Shown: positions 6,233 through 10,659 of the stretch, piece by piece
How positions within the stretch are numbered: position 1 is the first letter of the stretch
Layout of the letters: every line of letters starts with the position of its first letter
DNA from: Myxococcales bacterium
Lineage (GTDB): Bacteria; Myxococcota_A; UBA9042
Assembly (NCBI GenBank): GCA_037441385.1
Contig: JBBISH010000170.1
Coordinates: 1 to 10,659 of the forward strand
Length of the DNA: 10,659 bases
Reading direction: 5' to 3'
Notes under the pieces: generated by a model
Told to the model about the DNA's origin: nothing
Database searches by the model: none
The model's input: only the letters and a program-made list of their open reading frames with translations
Made by a program: the position numbers and the translations under genes

Positions 6233-7504
6233 ATGGCCTGTTTGCGACCGTCGAGCCTGTTCATGCACCGGCCTACGCCGAACGCAACGGTCAACCTGGC
6301 GCGCGGCATGAAACAGGGCCACCAAATGGCCTGGCACAGCGAAGGCCTGGAGGCCGGCGAAGCATTGTTGCGCGAGATCGCCAACGCACGCCGCTCGATC
6401 GACGTCCAGTTGTACATCTTGGAAGCCGACACCGTCAGCCAGACCGTGGTGGCGGCGCTCGTTCAGGCCTGCCAACGCCAGGTACGGGTGCGTCTTTTGC
6501 TGGACGGCCTGGGCTGCAGCGACGCCGATGCCGCGCATCTGGAGCAACTGACCGCGGCCGGCGCGGCGGTGCGCGTCTACCGGCCCCTGCGGTTCAGCTT
6601 GCCGTGGCGCCACTTGCTGCGGCGCAACCATCGCAAAATCTTCGTGTTTGACGGCGAGAGCGCCATCCTGACGGGCCGCAACGTGGGCGGCCACTACCTG
6701 GCCGTTGCGCCGGACCACCCAACCTGGCTGGACTTGGGCGCCGTGGTGCGCGGCCCCGTGGTGTCGACCCTGGCGCGGCAGCTGAACCACGACTGGCGGG
6801 CGGCCGAGCGCAAGTACCGCCTGCACAAGTGGCTGCGCTGGCTGGATCCGTTGGCCCCCAGTGCCGATCTGTTGGCCGCCGAACGCGCCAGTCGAGCAGC
6901 GGCGCGTGCCAATTGGCCAGCGATCCCGCGGAACAAGCCGGGACGCGGCGGCCTGAAAGTGGGCGCGGCGCTCAGCGTGGGCAAGGCTTCGGCAAATCCG
7001 ATAGCAGATCGGTACTTGCAGGCCATCCAGAGCGCGCGCACGTCGATCTGGCTGGTCCACGCCTACTTCTTGCCGGATCACCGGCTGGCGCGGGCGCTGG
7101 TGGCCGCCGCGCGGCGCGGTGTGCAAGTACGGGTCCTTCTTCCCGATTTGCGCACGACCGACGTCAAGCTGGTGGCCCTGGCGTCGCTGCACGGGCTGAG
7201 GCAGTTGATGAAGGCGGGGGTGCAGGTGCGCCTGTTGTGCACCAACAACCTGCACGCCAAGTTCGCCGTGGTCGACGATGTGTGGTGGACGATGGGCTCG
7301 GCCAACTTGGACGCCCTGTCGCGCAAGCGCAATCTAGAAGCCAACTTGGCGGGCTATGGGCGCGAGCCGGGCCTGCGCCTGGCCGGGTTGGCACACGACT
7401 GGTTCGAGCTGGCACAGCCTTGGGATGCGGTCGAGGCAAAGCGGCAGCCGCGGTGGCTGCGCTGGCTGGGGCAAGTGGCATGGCGGTTCCGCGCGTTACT
7501 CTAG
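6233..7504 (+). CDS. Phospholipase D family protein, cardiolipin synthase ClsB-like (no N-terminal TM anchor)
   Basis: Two HKD motifs, RRNHRKIFVFDG and LHAKFAVVDD..GSANLD. Cls hallmarks VRLLLDGLG, W.D, AYFLP, AARRGVQVRVLLP, NLEAN. The track start at 6083 overlaps the SPFH gene, so the real start is probably ATG 6233 (alternatives 6263, 6308). Confidence 0.9.
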   Translation: MACLRPSSLFMHRPTPNATVNLARGMKQGHQMAWHSEGLEAGEALLREIANARRSIDVQLYILEADTVSQTVVAALVQACQRQVRVRLLLDGLGCSDADAAHLEQLTAAGAAVRVYRPLRFSLPWRHLLRRNHRKIFVFDGESAILTGRNVGGHYLAVAPDHPTWLDLGAVVRGPVVSTLARQLNHDWRAAERKYRLHKWLRWLDPLAPSADLLAAERASRAAARANWPAIPRNKPGRGGLKVGAALSVGKASANPIADRYLQAIQSARTSIWLVHAYFLPDHRLARALVAAARRGVQVRVLLPDLRTTDVKLVALASLHGLRQLMKAGVQVRLLCTNNLHAKFAVVDDVWWTMGSANLDALSRKRNLEANLAGYGREPGLRLAGLAHDWFELAQPWDAVEAKRQPRWLRWLGQVAWRFRALL

Positions 7505-8002
7505 TGAATCCGCAAGAATTCGTGCTCCGCGTTTGGGCTGCGGCAAGACGGGCGGCGGCCGGCGCACCTTGGCAAACCGCGAGCAGATCAGGGCATCGCG
7601 GAGCGCGGCGTGCCCCAGCGGCACTTTGCCGTGCGGCAGCGCCGTATGCACAAACAGCAGTTGCGCTTTGCAGAATTGGCGGTAGGGCAGAGCCCCTTCC
7701 GGGTCTTCGCCCACCGGCGTCGCGCCATCTTCGCGCAGACGCTGCAGCAGGATCTGGTTCAGCTTCTCGGGCGCGCCGCGCGTGTACCACGACCACAAGC
7801 GCTTGCCCACTTGGCCTGCCCAGCTGCGAAACAGCGGGACATCGCCGTACAAAGCATCGAATAGATAGGCGTCGTCGATCGGGATGCCGCCCACAGTCAA
7901 TACGCGCGCCGCCACCCGATAGCCACCCGAATGCGCCGACACCGCCACCTGTTGCCAGGTTTGGCGCGCGCTCAACGCCTGCCGGCCCAGCACGCCGCGC
8001 AC
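7496..8002 (-). CDS. C-terminal half of alpha/beta-hydrolase-like protein (nucleophile elbow SAHSGGY)
   Basis: VAVSAHSGGYR (GxSxG variant), YLFDALYG, and a candidate catalytic His in LPHGKVP. GTG start has GGAG 7 nt upstream. The TAA stop overlaps the cls 3' end by 9 bp. Confidence 0.7.
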   Translation of the reverse strand: MRGVLGRQALSARQTWQQVAVSAHSGGYRVAARVLTVGGIPIDDAYLFDALYGDVPLFRSWAGQVGKRLWSWYTRGAPEKLNQILLQRLREDGATPVGEDPEGALPYRQFCKAQLLFVHTALPHGKVPLGHAALRDALICSRFAKVRRPPPVLPQPKRGARILADSLE

Positions 8003-8020
8003 CTTGCGGCTCCGCCTTCA

Positions 8021-8491
8021 TCACAATAGCTCGTTGGCGAATCGGCTGAACCCTTGCGGCTCTTCCAGCTTGCCGCCCGACGAATCCGGGGCATCCACGG
8101 GCCCTTGAGGCACCGCCAGGATCACATTGCGCCCGGCGGCCACCACTTGCTCGCGGAGCTGGTGGTCGTCGATCTTGCGCACCGCCCGGCCGTCGTGGCC
8201 GTGGAAATGGACCAAAAGTCCGATCGGTCGCTTGGGATCGAAGTCCCTGGAAATGAACAGCAGCGTCGTAGGGTCGGTCCACGGCTTGCCTGGGCAAGGG
8301 AAGGGACCGTGGCGCAACTGCAGCGTGAGCGTTACGCCCAAGGGCGAGCGCACCGCCCGAGCCAGCCCTCCCACGGCGTTGGGATCAGCGAGCAGCGTCG
8401 ACTCGCCGGGCAGGGCCACCGCGGTCGCTGGCTCTGCAAGCTCGGTGGGCGCCAGCAGCGCCAACCACAGCACAAACGCAAGCCCGGCCAT
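8021..8491 (-). CDS. N-terminal half of secreted alpha/beta-hydrolase-like protein
   Basis: Signal-peptide-like MAGLAFVLWLALLAP, oxyanion-strand motif LLVHFHGH, and NVILAVPQGP..DSSGGKL. Starts 3 nt after the upstream stop. Confidence 0.72.
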   Translation of the reverse strand: MAGLAFVLWLALLAPTELAEPATAVALPGESTLLADPNAVGGLARAVRSPLGVTLTLQLRHGPFPCPGKPWTDPTTLLFISRDFDPKRPIGLLVHFHGHDGRAVRKIDDHQLREQVVAAGRNVILAVPQGPVDAPDSSGGKLEEPQGFSRFANELL

Positions 8492-8494
8492 CGG

Positions 8495-9154
8495 CTAGCG
8501 GCGCCCTGCGCGGCGGATCACCTGCACGATGTGCCGCGCTCGCCAAGCCTGGTGCTCGCTCCAGCCGGTCAGATGCTCGGCGAGCAGCGCCTCCATGGGC
8601 CGCACACAGCGCCCATCGCCCACCTGCTCCAGCGCCTGCAGCGCCCCGTCGATTTGCTCGGCCGCGGCCGCGCGCTGCACCAGACGATGGAGGGCGGCCA
8701 CCAGCCCCTCCTGCAGGTGCCCCAGCCCGGCCGCCGGCACGACCCGGCAGGCCAAGCCAAGCAACTCGGCTCGCTCACTCAGCAAAGACCGCTGAACCAG
8801 TTCGGCCAAGTGGCCCCGCTCGGTGAGGTGCCCGGCCGGCAGAGTGACCAGCGCGCGCAGAGCCCAACAGGCGGCTGCCTCGTCCAGATCCGCAACGAGC
8901 GCCTCCGCCTGGTGGTCCAGCAAGATGCCAACCTGATCACCGGCCTCGCCCCACTGGTCTGCCTGCCACCAACGCTCCTCGCTCGCCGGGCGCAGCGGCT
9001 GCGGAGCCTGGGGCGGCGCAAGGTCCTCGTCCAAGAAATCCATGTCGTCGGCCAGGCTTGGCGGGCCTGACTGGCTCGCGCTCGCGTGCGCACCTGCCAC
9101 CAGCCAGGTCCACAGCTCGTCGCCATCTTGGCGCGCAGTTGGTTCGTGCTGCAT
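8495..9154 (-). CDS. Hypothetical protein (~219 aa), alpha-helical C-terminus with a possible HEAT-like repeat
   Basis: Fills the gap between flanking genes and stops 3 nt before the next minus-strand ATG. Leu/Ala/Glu-rich helices include ALQALEQVGDGRCVRPMEALL. ATG 9154 has a purine-rich GGACAGGG upstream (alternative ATG 9172). The track start at 9301 overlaps the kal start. Confidence 0.7.
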   Translation of the reverse strand: MQHEPTARQDGDELWTWLVAGAHASASQSGPPSLADDMDFLDEDLAPPQAPQPLRPASEERWWQADQWGEAGDQVGILLDHQAEALVADLDEAAACWALRALVTLPAGHLTERGHLAELVQRSLLSERAELLGLACRVVPAAGLGHLQEGLVAALHRLVQRAAAAEQIDGALQALEQVGDGRCVRPMEALLAEHLTGWSEHQAWRARHIVQVIRRAGRR

Positions 9155-9299
9155 CGTCGGCCCTGTCCACATGGCACGGGGTGTTGCCCCGCGCTCGCCA
9201 AAGTAGTACATCCAGCCCGACTTCGGGCCCCACGAATTGCCGGGGCTTTCGATCCAGTCCCACAGAATCCGGACGAGCCGCCACCGCTGGAGGTGTACC

Positions 9300-9689
9300 A
9301 TGAAAGCGATGATTCGACTGCGCCTGTCGTCCCACGACGCACATTATGGCGGCGGTTTGGTCGACGGCGCGCGCATGCTCGGCCTGTTTGGCGACGTGGC
9401 CACCGAGCTGCTGATCCGCCACGACGGCGACGAAGGCCTGTTCCGCGCCTACGAAAACGTGGAATTTCTGGCCCCAGTCTATGCCGGCGACTTCGTCGAG
9501 GCCGAAGGCGAGATCGTCTCGACCGGCAACACCAGCCGCCGCATGCATTTCGAAGCGCGCAAGGTCATCAGCCCGCGCCCCGATCTCAACGACTCGGCGG
9601 CGGACTTGCTCGAGACCCCGGTGGTGGTGTGCCGCGCTACGGGCACTTGTGTCGTAACCGCCGATCGCCAGCGCGGCCGCGGCGGCTGA
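9300..9689 (+). CDS. kal: 3-aminobutyryl-CoA ammonia-lyase (hotdog fold), 129 aa
   Basis: Recognisable Kal sequence: [54 protein letters not shown]...GNTSR.M.FEARKVI. Strong RBS GGAGGT at 9289-9294. Adjacent to kce. Confidence 0.93.
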   Translation: MKAMIRLRLSSHDAHYGGGLVDGARMLGLFGDVATELLIRHDGDEGLFRAYENVEFLAPVYAGDFVEAEGEIVSTGNTSRRMHFEARKVISPRPDLNDSAADLLETPVVVCRATGTCVVTADRQRGRGG

Positions 9690-9727
9690 ACGATCGCGCT
9701 GCCTGACTCGCGGCCGCCAAGGACACC

Positions 9728-10540
9728 ATGCAACCATTGATGATTACTGCAGCGATCTGCGGCGCCGAAGTGACGCGCGCGCAGACGCCACACGTCCCGT
9801 ACACCCCGGCCGAGCTCGTGGCCGAGGCCCTGCGCTGTTACGAGGCCGGCGCGACCATGGTCCACGTCCACGTACGCCTGGACGATGGCACACCCAGTCA
9901 AAGCGCCGACTTGTTTGGTCAGGTGCTCAGCGGCATCCGCAGCCGCTGCGACCTTTTGGTGCAGTTCTCGACAGGCGGCGCGGTGGGCATGGGGGTCGAC
10001 GAGCGTGCCGATGCGGTCAAACTCCGGCCGGACATGGCGACCTTGTCCACCGGCAGCGTCAACTTTGGCGAGGACGTATTCGCCAATCCGCTGCCGCTGG
10101 TCCGGCAAATTGCTCAGCGACTCCAACAGTTCGGGGTTCGGCCCGAGATCGAGGCCTTTGACAGCGGCATGGTCGATACGGCCCTGCGCCTGGCCAAGGA
10201 GGGCCTGATCGAGCTGCCGGCGCACTTCGACTTTGTCCTGGGCATGCCGGGCGGCATGGGCGGCAGCAGCAAGCACTTGGATTTCGTGCGTTCGCTGCTG
10301 CCAGACGACTGCACTTGGTGCGTGGCCGGCATCGGCCGCTTCGAACTGCCGCTCGCCGAACACGCCATCGCCACCGGCGGCCATGTGCGCGTGGGCCTGG
10401 AAGACAACATCTTCCTCAGCAAGGGCGTGCTGGCCAACGGTTCGTTCGAGCTGGTGCAAGCGGTTGCGGCGATGGCCAAAGCCGCCGGCCGGCCCTTGGC
10501 CACGACCGCGCAGGCCCGCGAAATCCTTCGAATCGGCTAG
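9728..10540 (+). CDS. kce: 3-keto-5-aminohexanoate cleavage enzyme (BKACE/DUF849 family), 270 aa
   Basis: ITAAICGAE, Zn-binding HVHVR, QFSTGGAVG, ATL..GSVNFG, PEIE.FD.G, FDFVLG, GIGR, and GGHVRVGLEDN. RBS AAGGA at 9719-9723. Synteny with kal supports the specific Kce call. Confidence 0.93.
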   Translation: MQPLMITAAICGAEVTRAQTPHVPYTPAELVAEALRCYEAGATMVHVHVRLDDGTPSQSADLFGQVLSGIRSRCDLLVQFSTGGAVGMGVDERADAVKLRPDMATLSTGSVNFGEDVFANPLPLVRQIAQRLQQFGVRPEIEAFDSGMVDTALRLAKEGLIELPAHFDFVLGMPGGMGGSSKHLDFVRSLLPDDCTWCVAGIGRFELPLAEHAIATGGHVRVGLEDNIFLSKGVLANGSFELVQAVAAMAKAAGRPLATTAQAREILRIG

Positions 10541-10573
10541 GAGCGTGTCGGGATAATCCCGGCACAATCCTAG
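10537..10573. repeat. CTAG-bounded 37-bp imperfect palindrome overlapping the kce stop (MITE/IS-end-like)
   Basis: CTAG-GAGCGTGTCGGGA-TAA-TCCCGGCACAATC-CTAG. The arms pair except for a 2-nt mismatch and one T-G pair. Confidence 0.7.
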
Positions 10574-10643
10574 CGCCGCGTCTTGCGCGGCGGCAACTGG
10601 CTGAAATCGCACGAATTCACTTCGGGCGATTTTCGGCCAGTTG
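10574..10643. repeat. Two further adjacent inverted repeats: a 7-bp GC hairpin (10574-10592) and a ~22-bp imperfect hairpin (10594-10643)
   Basis: CGCCGCG-TCTTG-CGCGGCG, then CAACTGGCTGAAATCGCACGAA-TTCAC-TTCGGGCGATTTTCGGCCAGTTG. Confidence 0.8.
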
Positions 10644-10659
10644 GACAAACGAAAAAGGC

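Larger units (their letters stand above)
7496..8491 (-). pseudogene. Secreted alpha/beta-hydrolase-like gene interrupted by two adjacent in-frame TGA codons (8023-8018); pseudogene, split gene, recoding site or assembly error
   Basis: ORFs 8021..8491 and 7496..8002 share a frame and are separated only by TGA TGA AGG CGG AGC CGC AAG. Together they give one hydrolase motif series: VHFHGH..PQGP..AHSGG..LFDALY..H. Confidence 0.55.

Noticed and set aside
6233..7504. PLD as an anti-phage or nuclease (Nuc/Zucchini-type) defence protein
   Set aside because: It has two HKD domains with Cls-specific motifs and no helicase, methylase or other defence gene nearby. A lipid-synthesis enzyme fits better.
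8018..8023. Genome-wide UGA reassignment (genetic code 4 or 25)
   Set aside because: UGA ends the FG-GAP gene and kal at plausible C-termini, no other gene has an internal UGA, and Trp is encoded by TGG throughout.
7164..8297. 377-aa minus-strand ORF spanning the TGA-TGA site, and + strand ORFs 6829..8049 and 8054..9070
   Set aside because: Arg/Ala/Pro-rich shadows. The hydrolase motifs all lie in the other frame, and only the three codons VMK matter for the compensating-indel hypothesis.
9479..10648. 389-aa minus-strand ORF
   Set aside because: Antisense shadow of the well-supported kal and kce genes.
10594..10659. Rho-independent terminator for kal-kce
   Set aside because: The hairpin is followed by GACAAACGAAAAA rather than a T-tract, so it is not a canonical intrinsic terminator on the + strand.

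Overview
High-GC bacterial window. A Myxococcota/deltaproteobacterial origin is inferred from the Asp/Ala/Gly-rich lipoprotein linker and the gene set. Left to right: (1) two copies of a 135-bp-period non-coding tandem repeat with a conserved internal hairpin, cut by the window edge. (2) A minus-strand pair, a 53-aa DUF5989-like single-TM peptide ending FLYTIF followed directly by a membrane-anchored SGNH/GDSL protein. (3) A divergent FG-GAP/ASPIC-UnbV (CRTAC1-like) lipoprotein whose start lies in a 21-bp tandem repeat. (4) A large SPFH/Band-7 protein with 4-5 N-terminal repeats, then a ClsB-like phospholipase D/cardiolipin synthase. (5) A minus-strand hypothetical protein and a secreted alpha/beta-hydrolase-like gene interrupted by two consecutive in-frame TGA codons. 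(6) A kal-kce pair from the lysine fermentation pathway. (7) A cluster of hairpins at the right edge, one sharing a motif with the left-edge repeat. The most notable items are the DltX-like FxYxxF peptide + SGNH module with no MBOAT in view, the TGA-TGA split hydrolase, and the structured edge repeats. No database searches were possible, so family calls come from motif recognition.
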